From assembly GCF_006345805.1 (NCBI RefSeq), contig NW_021833015.1, positions 1-64,000 of the forward strand: a stretch of DNA of 64,000 bases, given 5' to 3'. The stretch's first letter is position 1. Each line of letters begins with the position of its first letter. The DNA is from Octopus sinensis (taxonomy: Eukaryota). Below the pieces are notes generated by a model. It ran no database searches, was not told the DNA's origin, and saw only the letters and a program-made list of their open reading frames with translations. The position numbers were made by a program, and so were the translations under genes. This document shows, piece after piece, positions 11,721 to 24,354 of the stretch.

Positions 11721-14700
11721 AAAGATTAGGGATGACTGCAGAAAGGGCACCTGGTAGTAGAAAATCTTCCTCAACAAATCCTGTCTGGCTCATACAAGCA
11801 TGAAAAAGGGGTCATTAAAAAGACCCTCTTTTACTCTCTCTTTTTTACTCTTTTACTTGTTTCAGTCATTTGACTGTGGCCATGCTGGAGCACCGCCTTT
11901 AGTCGAGCAAATCGACCCCAGGACTTATTCTTTGTAAGCCTAGTACTTATTTTATCGGTCTCTTTTGCCGAACCGCTAAGTTACGGGGGATATGAACACA
12001 CCAGCATCGGTTGTCAAGCGATGTTGGGGGCCAAACACAGACACATATACATATATATATATATACACATATACACGACAGGCTTCTTTCAGTTTCTGTC
12101 TACCAAATCCACTCACAAGGCTTTGGTCGGTCCGAGGCTATAGTAGAAGACACTTGCCCATGGTGCCACGCAGTGGGACTGAACCCGGAACCATGTGGTT
12201 CATAAGCAAGCTATTTACCACACAGCCACTCCTGCGCCCTTTAAAAAAAAAAAAAAAACTATGGAAATATTCTGTGTATAATAGAAATATAACAAATTTT
12301 ATAGAGCCTAAATTTTAACATCAAAACCTTATATGGCCCCACATGGGCCCCAGTTGAGAACCAATAACTTGGAGGGTCCATTTTTAGCTTAATAAGCTCA
12401 ACCTGTTCATTCACCCAATGTCAAGGGTAAAAATAGGGGAGCGGGGGGGGGGGGGGAAGCCAGAACCCGCAGGTATGTGTTACTCACAGAAATTAAACCA
12501 GGCCCACCTCCTTCGCTGCCATCACCTCATTTGTCCATTACCATGACGACCACCACCACCACTATCACTACATCACCCAGTAACAACAGGAATATGGTTG
12601 TACATTCATCTATTTATCACAACTTTGGCTCAGCACCAAAACCTTTAGCAGCTACACTGGAATAGTTTGTGCACTGAACTTGGAATATTTCATGGTTACT
12701 CACCACCCATCACCACCACCATCACCATCACTGCAACCACTACCACCCATCACCACCACCACCACTGCCACCATTACTACCACCCATTGCTAGGCATTTC
12801 AGCTTTCTTCCTTGTTTTGGTCTAGTTGTAAACAGTCAGAGAAGAAAAAAAAAAAGAACTGACAAATTTCAGGTCATTGGGTATGGAATATCACCAGACC
12901 AACAGATATCAGTGTCAGATTGAGAGAGAGACAGACAGACAGACAGAGGTAGGGAGTATAAGACTTGTAGGATTTTATCACATATATTTAATATATGGGT
13001 GTTGAAAGTAAGAACTTCAACCCTTTCTCCCTTGATTGAGATTATCTAATCAATTAGTACAGAAAAAAAAAAAGCACTTTGGAGAAGCGAGGGATAAAAA
13101 AAATGCAAGGGAGATAACACTAGTAAGATCAGATGACTGAAAATATTTGGTCAGAAAAGTAAGAAAAATGCAGAGACCTAGAGGCAGATCAAGAAGAAGA
13201 TAATATCCAGAATTTCAGTCGTGTTTGGGAATCCAGCTGAAAGTGAAGTCTAATGCTTTTTATTTCTGATAGGACCCCTATGGAGGAAATGTCTCAGGAC
13301 TCAACCCCAATGACCTTCTCAGCGTAGTGGGCAAAATGGACTGACGGACAGAAGGAAATCTTTTTTGGGTGGGGTTTTTTTTTTGTTTGTACTTTTTTTC
13401 CATTTCTTTCTCGTTTTGTCATCTTTCAATTCAAAGTTTTCTCGACGAGGTAACAAATGAAAACAAAAATTACATTAAAAAAACCCACAAAAACAAACGG
13501 AGAAAAATGCAATCAATAAGCAAATGGTTCGTTATCTAAATTGAAATGTTTAGATAATTTTATATCAATGAAAATAATTTCCTTTTTTTTTTTTTTTTTC
13601 TTTAACAAATACAAAAAAAGTTTTTTTAATAAGATAATTTACATGTTTCCAATCCTTGTCAGTGACCTGGTTACAGTTCATGAAACGAAAATTTGGGCAC
13701 CATAAAGAAGAAAAAAAAACAAAAAAAAAAACAAAAAAACAAATGTTAAAATTAAGATTAACAGTCATTGTGTAATTTTTGAATAGCTAAGATGTGTGTC
13801 GCTCCCATGCTGTGATCCATTTAAATTCAACTTAGTTTCAACACACAGTCTCTGATGAATTCACTTGCGAAACAAGTACGTCTCCACAGTATTTTCTTCC
13901 CCACCCTCACTGGCCCCACCACCACTTTGAAGACAGAATCAACCCTTGACTCCCTCCCACACAAGTTTATTTCTCTTCCCAAGACCATCATTGCCACAGC
14001 CTGGCAGCCATTCATAACATCAGTGAATCTAAATATTCGTTGTTTCCTACATATCATCATTATCATCGCTTAATGTCCGCTTTCCATGCTAGCATGGGTT
14101 GGACGATTTTGACTGAGGGCTGGCGAACGAGATGGCTACACCAGGCTCCAATCTTGATCTGGCCTCATCATCATTATCATCATCGTTTAACGTCCACTTT
14201 CCATGCTAGCATGGGTTGAACGATTTTGACTGCGGACTGGCGATCCAGATGGCTGCACCAAGGCTCCAATCTTGATCTGGCAGAGTTTCTACAGCTGGAT
14301 GCCTTTCCTAACGCCAACCACTCTGAGAGTGTAGTGGGTGCTTTTTACGTGCCACCAGCACGGGGCCAGTCAGGCGGTACTGGCAACAACCTTGCTTGAA
14401 TCTTTTTACACATGCCACCAGCACAGGTGCCAGTAAGGCGATGCTGGTAACGATCACGTTCGAATGGTGCCTTTTACGTGCCACCGGCATGGAAGCCAGT
14501 TACCCACTCTGGCAATGAAATTGCTCAGATGGTGCTCTTGGCACCTTACTAGCACGGGCACAAGTGCCAGTAAGGCAACGCTGGTAACAATCAGAGCGAA
14601 CAAATTTTGCCCAGGCATGTCACTGAGAGTACAAATAACTGACGATGTCCAACAAGGCTAGAATTCCTTCTAGTGTTCTTGTTAGCCACTGTCTGGGTGA

Positions 14701-14929
14701 ATTTTGGGCTCCCTCCAATATGAATTGTGTTTTTAATATAGCACATTCATAAGAGATTTTATGTATGAATGAAACCTGCAATATTTTGTCTATCAACAGT
14801 GTATATACATTTACTATGAAACATAGGTGGCTATTTTAATCTAATAACTTCAATTGTGTGCACTGAATATATATACATATATATATATATATATATCATC
14901 GCTTAACGTCCGCTTTCCATGCTATGTTG

Positions 14930-15135
14930 ATTCGCTAGCTTCTGCACGCATTTTTTTTCTCTCCTTGTTTCTCTCTGTGTTTCTTTTCTGTGTATCTTTC
15001 TGTTGAAGAGCGTAGGCTCGAAACGTAAAAGACTTGTTTTATTTATATTCCTGAGCGCCATACTAATACAATTGTTTGTTTATATTCCACCTGCCTTCGT
15101 CTTTTGTTTATTTTCATAAAGCTTCCCGTTGTATT
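14930..15135 (+). mobile_element. Penelope-like terminal-repeat fragment (family Y) with a hammerhead-like fold at 14995-15032
   Basis: TCTTT CTGTTGA A GAGC GTAG GCTC GAA AC GT A AAAGA. Followed by (TA)n. A homologous copy lies at 43050-43255. Confidence 0.6.
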
Positions 15136-15276
15136 TGTATATATATATATATATATATATACATATATATGTATATATATATATAAATAACTAGATGGGT
15201 AGTCATGATGGGTATACTGGGCTTCGTATATTTTACCCCAGTGTCACTTTGATGGCACGCACTGCTCTCTCACTCA

Positions 15277-15311
<35 letters not shown>

Positions 15312-15520
15312 AATAGTGACACCAACAGGTTTAGTAGTTTCCTTATTGAGATTGGCATCACTAGAACTGCATTACTTTAGAAATCTTTGCTATTTAAAGA
15401 ATGGCAAGGATTGTTCAAAGGGTCCTTTGTGTCTAAGGCAACTAGTTGTGATCCGATTGATACCAAACATAACACATTTGAGCATACCATTAGATGATAA
15501 TAATGATAATAGTAATGATG

Positions 15521-15562
<42 letters not shown>

Positions 15563-15762
15563 TTTTCTACAACAGCAATAACAAAAACAGTTTTCAAAAA
15601 AACAAAGAAAGAAGGGGATATTGAAAATATATAAGGGGAAGGGGAAGGTTTTTTTTTTGCGTGTGTGTGTGTGTGTGTGTGCTTATTTTTTATTTTTTTT
15701 TTTTTCAAACCACCAACAAGAGGTATATGTGAATAAGCCTACGCAATAATACACTGAAGCAA

Positions 15763-15805
<43 letters not shown>

Positions 15806-17559
15806 TGTATATATATTCTTGTGAAAACATCAAGCAAAGCCTACAACACAAATCAGCAATGAGGATTGGTGAGATGAAACAAGAGAATGTAATAGTAATG
15901 ATGATGACGATGACGATGATGACGATGATTATGATGACGATGACAACAGCAGCGGAGGCAGATAAAGCATGAAGGACACAAGATATTTAAAGCCGTTGCC
16001 AATACAACCTGTTAGTGAAAAATCAAAATGAAGAACAAAAACCACAGTGATAATAGGCCATGCTGCAGCAGTAGTAATATCACCCTCGCTTGCCGAAGAT
16101 TACGCACGCTCGCTCATGTTCAACATGCTGTCTCTCCCGGCATGACCACCACAACCACCATAATTCAGCTGATCCTTAAATCAGTTCAGGTTTCAGGGGT
16201 TTTTTTAATGTTCCTTTGTCTCTTTCTTGACAGGAATTTTTTTTTTTTTTTTTTTTTTGTTATTTGCTTCAGTTATTGTGACTGCGGCCATGCTGGAGCA
16301 CCACTTTTGAAAGGTCTTATTGAACAAATCAATCCCACTAACCATTCTTAAATCTCTTTTTTTAGTCATTTGACTGCGACGGCCATGCTGGAGCATCGCC
16401 TTTAATCGAGCTAATCGACCTCCAGGACTTATTCTTTGTAAGCCTAGTACTTATTCTATCGGTTGCTTTTGCCGAACTGCTAAGTTACAGGGACGTAAAC
16501 ACACCAGCATCGGTTGTCAAGCGATGTTGGCGGGGACAAACACAGACACACAAACACATGCCTTTAATCGAGCTAATCGACCCCCAGGACTTATTCTTTG
16601 TAAGCCTAGTACTTATTCTATCGGTTGCTTTTGCCGAACTGCTAAGTTACGGGGACGTAAACACACCAGCATCGGTTGTCAAGCGATGTTGGGGGGACAA
16701 ACAAATGCCTTTAGTTGAGCAAATTGACCCCGGGACTTATTCTTTTGTAATCCCAGTACTTATTCTATCGGTCTCTTTTGCCAAACCGCTAAGTTACGGG
16801 GACGTAAACACACCAGCATCGGTTGTCAAGCGATGTTCGGGGGACAAACACAGACACACAAACACATATATATATATACATATATACAACGGGCTTCTTT
16901 TCAGTTTCCGTCTACCAAATCCACTCACAAGGCTTTGGTCGACCCATGATTTGGTGTACTTGAGGATTATGTTAAGAGAACAAGTGTCTACAAAATACCC
17001 AGTCACCTACATTGCAAATAATTAGCTTTGTCATAGATAATTAAGGGTGTTCATCATAGAAGCCAACATGAGAGTCATTTATTTCAAAGATCTTGACAAA
17101 CTCCATGGAGGTTTGTGTACATGTTAGAGACCCACTAGAAAATTATAAGATATTGTAATGGTAACTAAAGGAGCTCAAATAGTACATCAGCATTATGCAT
17201 GTCTCTGCAAAGTCTTAAAGGTTGCTGCAGTCAAAACAGGTTTATGAGCCTGATTTTAAACTGCATCCTGTAGCGGGGACCCTGGTTTGGGAGTTCCAGG
17301 GATTTTAAGGAATGGGAACAATTACTATTGTTTCTGGGTCTACTTTCACTTAGGGTAGTGGCACCTGTCAGGGTCTCAGCTCTAGGTTAATTATCATGTT
17401 AGGACCTGCCCACCTAGGCTTGTGAAGACTGGATGCAGTAGACTTTGTAGAAGAAACTGTCAAGTTCCAACAGAGCAATTTCAGAAATGCATTTTGGAGT
17501 TCAAAGAGCAAGAAGGGGCAAGACCCCTTGGTCATCAACTGCATTTGTCTCCATTCCCA

Positions 17560-17885
17560 ATCAACATGGTCTTGCCACTGTTCTAGCCCTGGGTGGACCA
17601 ATGCCTTGTGAGTGGATTTGGTGGAGAGGAGAGAGAGAGAAACCTGCAAGTCGTGTTTTCTGACTGCCAGGAGGATGAATACCCAAGGCAGCTGTACTAT
17701 GGGTCCTACAAGAAGGACAAAGACAGAGGAGATGCAAGGGGACTTGATATGGCGTGCCACCTTCAAAGAAGATCTGAAGCAACATAGCATCACTGGGGAA
17801 GATACAGGCAACTATGTTCAAAACCGGGGTTATTGGAAATGTCTTGCTGCCCAGTATACAAACCAACTCTACAGGAAGAACTAAG
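17560..17885 (+). mobile_element. Degenerate RTE-clade LINE 3' end
   Basis: ...IWRATFKEDLKQHSITGEDTGNYVQNRGYWKCLAAQY...RKN* matches the W..T..DL...A.DR..W C-terminus of RTE reverse transcriptases. Frameshifted upstream. Confidence 0.65.
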
Positions 17886-18049
17886 ACAAAGAGTTCCCAG
17901 AAGTAAAAGCAGGTTTGCTTAGGGCTAACACCCCTTCCTAAAAAAAAAAAGGAAAGTTACAGAAACATTGGGGTCTGGGAGAGGAAGGCCTTAAAAAATA
18001 GCAGGGAGTCAAGAACAAGAAGGAATTCCTCAATGGTTTCTAGTCCAAG

Positions 18050-18278
18050 GCGGCGAGCTGGCAGAAACGTTAGCACATTGGGCGAAATGCTTAGCGGTAT
18101 TTCATTTGCCATTACGTTGTGAGTTCAAATTCCGCCGAGGTCGACTTTACCTGTCATCCTTTCGGGGTCGATAAATTAAGTACCAGTTATGCACTGGGGT
18201 CGATGTAATCGACTTAATACCTATGTCTGTCCTTGTTTGTCCTCTCTGTGTTTAGCCCCTTGTGGGTAATAAAGAAAT
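18050..18278 (+). mobile_element. Monomeric tRNA-derived SINE with a Deu/Nin-like central domain, flanked by a 14-bp TSD
   Basis: GGCGGCGAGCTGGCAGAAACG head, GAGTTCAAATTCC B box, CCGAGGTCGACTTTACCTGTCATCCTTTCGGGGTCGATAAATTAAGTACCAG domain. GGTTTCTAGTCCAA occurs on both sides (about 18036 and 18279). Confidence 0.85.
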
Positions 18279-18562
18279 AGGTTTCTAGTCCAAAGTTAGA
18301 GCAGAAGGCTGATGTAGAGGTGTGAGAAGTTATGTAGTCAAAGATAAAAGAAAAACAGTGGACAAGAGACTGATCCTTGTGGTACACCATTCAGAGAAAA
18401 ATGCAAATTCTAGATATAATGTTATTTTATGCTAACATATGGTAGATTGTATATATGGTAGTCTACCTGGACACAGTCTACCATATATTAGTAGACTGGT
18501 AGACTGTGTGTCAGGTAATGCAGCACCTAGTATGCTTTGTAGAGGTGTGGGAATGTTATTAA

Positions 18563-21558
18563 TCTCTCTATATATAAAGCTGAAGTTGTCTGTGTATGGC
18601 AGGTTTGGTAGCCTTCAACTAACACTATCTCCTCCGACACCCTGTGACAAAAGTTGACCAAAATTGAGAGTATGATAGAAGAAGGCTTGCTCTTCCTTCC
18701 ATAGAAGAAAAAATTCAAATCAGACCATGTTAAGACCAAAAGGTGCTTTTTTTCTATGAAAATCCTATTTTTTACAATTTTTCGACTGCTGTGTCGCATT
18801 TTTCGGTGTATTTCAACCAGAAAAATGTTCACTTAAAAAGAATAACAAGCTCCATAATGCACAATTTTTACTTTTCAAAAATTCCAATTCTAAAGGGTCG
18901 AAACAAACCCGAGCAACGCCGGCGATACTGCTAGTCTATATATATAAAGCTGAAGTTGTCTGTGTATGGCAGGTTGGTAGCCTTCAACTAACACTATCTC
19001 CTCCGACACCCTGCGGCGCAAGTTGACCAAAATTGAGAGTATGATAGAAGAAGGCTTGCTCTTCCTCCATAGAAGAAAAAATTCAAATCAGACCATGTTA
19101 AGACCAAAAGGTGCTCTTTTTCTATGAAAATCCCTATTTTTTACGATTTTTTGACTGCTGTGTCGCCATTTTTCGGTGTATTTCAACCAGAAAAATGTTC
19201 ACTTAAAGAGAATAACAAGCTCCATAATGCACAATTTTTACTTTTCAAAAATTCCAATTCTAAAGGGTCGAAACAAACCCGAGCAACGCCGGGCGATACT
19301 GCTAGTCTATATATAAAGCTGAAGTTGTCTGTGTATGGCAGGTTTGGTAGCCTTCAACTAACACTATCTCCTCCGAAACCCTGCAGCACAAGTTGACCAA
19401 AATTGAGAGTATGATAGAAGAAGGCTTGCTCTTCCTTCCATAGAAGAAAAAATTCAAATCAGACCATGTTAAGACCAAAAGGTGCTTTTTTTCTATGAAA
19501 ATCCCTATCTTTTACGATTTTTCAAATGCTGTGTCGCCATTTTTCGGTGTATTTCAACCAGAAAAATGTTCACTTAAAAAGAATAACAAGCTCCATAATG
19601 CACAATTTTTACTTTTCAAAAATTCCAATTCTAAAGGGTCGAAACAAACCCGAGCAACGCCGGGCGATACTGCTAGTCTATATATATAAAGCTGAAGTTG
19701 TCTGTGTATGGCAGGTTGGTAGCCTTCAACTAACACTATCTCCTCCGACACCCTGCGGCGCAAGTTGACCAAAATTGAGAGTATGATAGAAGAAGGCTTG
19801 CTCTTCCTTCCATAGAAGAAAAAATTCAAATCAGACCATGTTAAGACCAAAAGGTGCTTTTTTTCTATGAAAATCCCTATCTTTTACGATTTTTCAACTG
19901 CTGTGTCGCCATTTTTCGGTGTATTTCAACCAGAAAAATGTTCACTTAAAAAGAATAACAAGCTCCATAATGCACAATTTTTACTTTTCAAAAATTCCAA
20001 TTCTAAAGGGTCGAAACAAACCCGAGCAACGCCGGGCGATACTGCTAGTCTATATATATAAAGCTGAAGTTGTCTGTGTATGGCAGGTTTGGTAGCCTTC
20101 AACTAACACTATCTCCTCCGACACCCTGCGGCGCAAGTTGACCAAAATTGAGAGTATGATAGAAGAAGGCTTGCTCTTCCTTCCATAGAAGAAAAAATTC
20201 AAATCAGACCATGTTAAGACCAAAAGGTGCTTTTTTTCTATGAAAATCCCTATCTTTTACGATTTTTCAACTGCTGTGTCGCCATTTTTCGGTGTATTTC
20301 AACCAGAAAAATGTTCACTTAAAAAGAATAACAAGCTCCATAATGCACAATTTTTACTTTTCAAAAATTCCAATTCTAAAGGGTCGAAACAAACCCGAGC
20401 AACGCCGGGCGATACTGCTAGTCTATATATATAAAGCTGAAGTTGTCTGTGTATGGCAGGTTTGGTAGCCTTCAACTAACACTATCTCCTCCGACACCTG
20501 CGGCGCAAGTTGACCAAAATTGAGAGTATGATAGAAGAAGGCTTGCTCTTCCTTCCATAGAAGAAAAAATTCAAATCAGACCATGTTAAGACAAAAGGTG
20601 CTTTTTTTCTATGAAAATCCCTATCTTTTACGATTTTTCAACTGCTGTGTCGCCATTTTTCGGTGTATTTCAACCAGAAAAATGTTCGCTTAAAAAGAAT
20701 AACAAGCTCCATAATGCACAATTTTTACTTTTCAAAAATTCCAATTCTAAAGGGTCGAAACAAACCCGAGCAACGCCGGGCGATACTGCTAGTCTATATA
20801 TATAAAGCTGAAGTTGTCTGTGTATGGCAGGTTTGGTAGCCTTCAACTAACACTATCTCCTCCGACACCCTGCGGCGCAAGTTGACCAAAATTGAGAGTA
20901 TGATAGAAGAAGGCTTGCTCTTCCTTCCATAGAAGAAAAAATTCAAATCAGACCATGTTAAGACCAAAAGGTGCTTTTTTTCTATGAAAATCCCTATTTT
21001 TTACGATTTTTCAACTGCTGTGTCGCCATTTTTCGGTGTATTTCAACCAGAAAAATGTTCACTTAAAGAGAATAACAAGCTACACAATGCAAAATTTTTA
21101 CTTTTCAAAAATTCCAATTCTAAAGGGTCGAAACAAACCCGAGCAACGCCGGGCGATACTGCTAGTCTATATATATAAAGCTGAAGTTGTCTGTGTATGG
21201 CAGGTTTGGTAGCCTTCAACTAACACTATCTCCTCCGAGACCCTGTGACAAAAGTTGACCAAAATTGAGAGTATAACAGAAGGATTGCTCTTCCTTCCGT
21301 AAAAGAAAAAAATTCAAATTGGACCATGTTAACACCAAAAATTATTTACATCAAAAAGGTGTTTCTTTTTTTTTCTATGAAAATCCCTATTTTTTACGGT
21401 TTTTTGACTGCTGTGTCGCTATCTTTCGGTGTATTTCAACCAGGAAAATGTTCACTTAAAGAGAATAACAAGCTACATAATGCAAAATTTTTACTTTTCA
21501 AATATTCCAATTCTAAAGGGTCGAAACAAACCCAAGCAGTGCCTGGCGATACTGCTAG
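18563..21558 (+). mobile_element. Head-to-tail array of 8 non-autonomous Helitron-like units (371-373 bp; last unit 393 bp)
   Basis: Units start TC(TATATATAAAGCTGAAGTTG) and end with the hairpin CCCGAGCAACGCCGGG followed by CTAG. CTAG ends at 18934, 19305, 19676, 20048, 20421, 20792, 21165 and 21558. The outer flanks are A and T with no TSD. Confidence 0.88.
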
Positions 21559-22059
21559 TTATAAATAAAAAAAACAGTGGATAGCAGACTGATCCTTGTG
21601 GTACACTTTTGAGAGAAAAATGCAAATTCTGGAAATAATGTTATTGTATCTTAATACACGGATTTTCAAGCTGTGTCCTGTAGTTACAGTTCCATGTTGC
21701 GTATATATACAGCCATTGATTATGGTGGTAAATCAATAAGTAACAATAGAGATAAGTAATTGGTGATCTTCGAATATAACAGGCAGTCAAGAAGGATGGA
21801 AGATATTAGGAGAAAAAAAAGAAAAACGAATATGCTGATCAATCCAACCAATCAATCAACAAGTCATTGCAAGACAAAATAGCATTAATGAAAAGCAAGT
21901 GTACCTAAAATTATTCTATAGACAGTTTGGAGAAAACAACAGACCCAAATTAGAGACGTGGAAATTAAACACCCTTAAACACTACAAAGGCTTTTGCAAC
22001 AAATGTGGGTATGCATGTGTTTGTGTATGTGTATATATATATATATATGTGTGTGTGTG

Positions 22060-22364
22060 GAGGCGCAATGGCCCAGTGGTTAGGGCAGCAGACTCGCGGT
22101 CGTAGGATCGCGGTTTCGATTCCCAGACCGGGCGTTGTGTGTGTTTATTGAGCGAAAACACCTAAAGCTCCACGAGGCTCCGGCAGGGGATGGTGGCAAT
22201 CCCTGCTGTGCTCTTTCGCCACAACTTTCTCTCACTCTTTCTTCTGTTGGCCTGCTCGCTTAGCCAGCGGGGTGGCGTCATTTGAAGGCTAAAACAATGC
22301 GAAGTGCATTGTGACCAGCGATGTATAACAACATCTGATGGCCTGGTCGGTCACGGTGATCACG

Positions 22365-22370
<6 letters not shown>
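22060..22370 (+). mobile_element. tRNA-headed SINE, tail type 1 (ends CACGGTGATCACGGTGATA)
   Basis: GGCGCAATGGCCCAGTGGTTAGGGCAGCAGACTCGCGGTCGTAGGATCGCGGTTTCGATTCCC head with A and B boxes, but no tRNA acceptor stem. Confidence 0.8.
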
Positions 22371-22405
<35 letters not shown>

Positions 22406-22469
22406 TGCAGACGATGTGAATGATGTGAACCCATTGAGTTCCAAAATCGATTAAGGTTACTCTTTTTTA

Positions 22470-22865
22470 GGCGTAGGGGTGGCTGTGTGGTAAGTAGCTT
22501 GCTTACCAACCACATGGTTCCGGGTTCAGTCCCACTGCGTGGCACCTTGAGCAAGTGTCTTCTACTATAGCCTCAGGCCAAGCAAAGCCTTGTGAGTGGA
22601 TTTGGTAGACGGAAACTGAAAGAAACCCGTTGTATAAATGTATATATGTGTGTATATATGTGTGTGTGTGTGTCTGTGTTTGTCCCCCCAACATCACTTG
22701 ACAACCGATGCTCGTGTGTTTACGTCCCCATAACTTAGTGGTTCGACAAAAGAGACCGATAGAATAAGTACTAGGTTTACAAAGATTAAGCGCTGTGGTC
22801 GATTTGCTCGACTAAAAAGACGGTGCTCCAGCATGACCACAGTCAAATGACTGAAACAAGTAGAA
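22470..22865 (+). mobile_element. tRNA-derived SINE (octopus OK-like family), near full length
   Basis: Head GGCGTAGGGGTGGCTGTGTGGTAAG with A box and B box GGTTCAGTCCC, central (TA/TG)n, tail GACTGAAACAAGTA. More than 20 copies in the window. Confidence 0.85.
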
Positions 22866-23576
22866 GATATATATATATATATATGTTGTGAATAACAAAG
22901 ATAGAATGGCATTTGTGAAAATATTCCTCTGTTTATTTTTTCCGTTTTTGCGCCATGTAAAGCATCTGAGCAGTGTGCCGGATGAAAGTGAAGAATTCAG
23001 ATTTGGGGGTATTTGTATAATCCAGTGCAATGATGGCCAAAACAGAAGCCAAAGCACTTGAAATTTGATACAAGTTATATATATATATATTGAACCAGCC
23101 AGGATCCCTGGTCTGGTGGTACGTAAAAAGCACTATCCGACTCGTGGCCGATGCCAGCACCCCCTCGTTTGGCTTCCGTGCAGGTGGCACATAAAATACA
23201 CCAATCCGACCGTGGCCGTTGCCAGCCTCGCCTGGCACCTGTGCAGGTGGCATGTAAAAAGCACCCACTACACTCACGGAGTGGTTGGCGTTAGGAAGGG
23301 CATCCAGCTGTAGAAACACTGCCAGATAAGACTGGAGCCTGGTGCAGCCTTCTGGCTTTCCAGATCCCCGGTCGAACCGTCCAACCCGTGCTAGCATTGG
23401 AGAACGGACGCTAAACGATGATGATGATGATGATGATATTTAATAATACACATACATACATATATTTAACATGTACTCAAGGGTCCTTTTGATTTGACAA
23501 TCACATTTTATTACGTATATACATTCATACACAAACACACACACAAATGAATAAACATTTGTGCACATGTATTTAT

Positions 23577-23617
<41 letters not shown>

Positions 23618-24354
23618 ATATGCACACATGGTAAAGTGATATACATATGTACTTATGGGTTAATGTGTTTGTCCTGGGGATGTCATCAAACTGCCTCCAC
23701 TGTTACAGTTCTGGTTTGGGGTTTCTGGGGTTATGGAAGGGTATCACTGAGTGATTTTGGCAACCAGTTACCAAGTTTTTACCCTTTGAGCTGTCCAGCA
23801 TAGGAGGCCCTACTAGGAACCTGAACCGGTTCTTAGGGTCGTTAAGGTACATGAGGCACCACAGCAGCTAGGACTGGAGATTGTGGTGGTCTACAAAGCA
23901 ATACAAACAACACCACTCTGATATCCCACCCCACCCCACCATTTTCTAGTTAATTACCATTACCCCTTAATTTTCATTATTCCCAAATCCATTCTAACCT
24001 GGAACAGCAGTATCTGTCAAGGTCCCATCTATGGGCTAAATAGATTTCCCACAGGTAGACGGGGTACCTATTGTTTTGGTGAAGCAGCTCTTCTAGAAGA
24101 TACTCTGGCAAAATATTTGGCGCCAAAATAGTTACCATTCATCTTGCAATGTGTGTCACTGAAATCCAATGACATACAGATATCTTACTGTCATTTTAGT
24201 TTCTGATCTAGTTTGTATTATTATAAAGTCCTATGGCAATGGATGCATAACGACGTGAATTATCTGCGTATGTGCAAGGATGAAAGTAAATCAGAACAAG
24301 CCAGGCTAAATGTGAGATGGCTATCATCTGACAAGATGAGGCAGTAATTACATA

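Noticed and set aside
12477-12860. Plus-strand Pro/Thr-rich ORF and minus-strand GTGAGTA donor-like sites
   Set aside because: Driven by (ACC)n and (ATC)n repeats; the minus-strand frame after the best acceptor hits a stop, and there is no HR3 similarity.
13852-13883. CTGATGA...GAAAC...GTC hammerhead-like string
   Set aside because: Neither stem II (ATTCACTTGC) nor stem I can pair in type I or type III arrangement.
19124-21568. Repeated 64-aa ORF MKIPIFYDFSTAVSPFF...
   Set aside because: It recurs only because the Helitron unit is tandemly repeated. It has no Rep or helicase motifs and is frameshifted in unit 1.
22060-22135. tRNA-like sequence (also 26581, 40860 and 41040)
   Set aside because: A and B boxes are present, but there is no 7-bp acceptor stem or clean anticodon arm and the sequence runs into a SINE body, so these are SINE heads.
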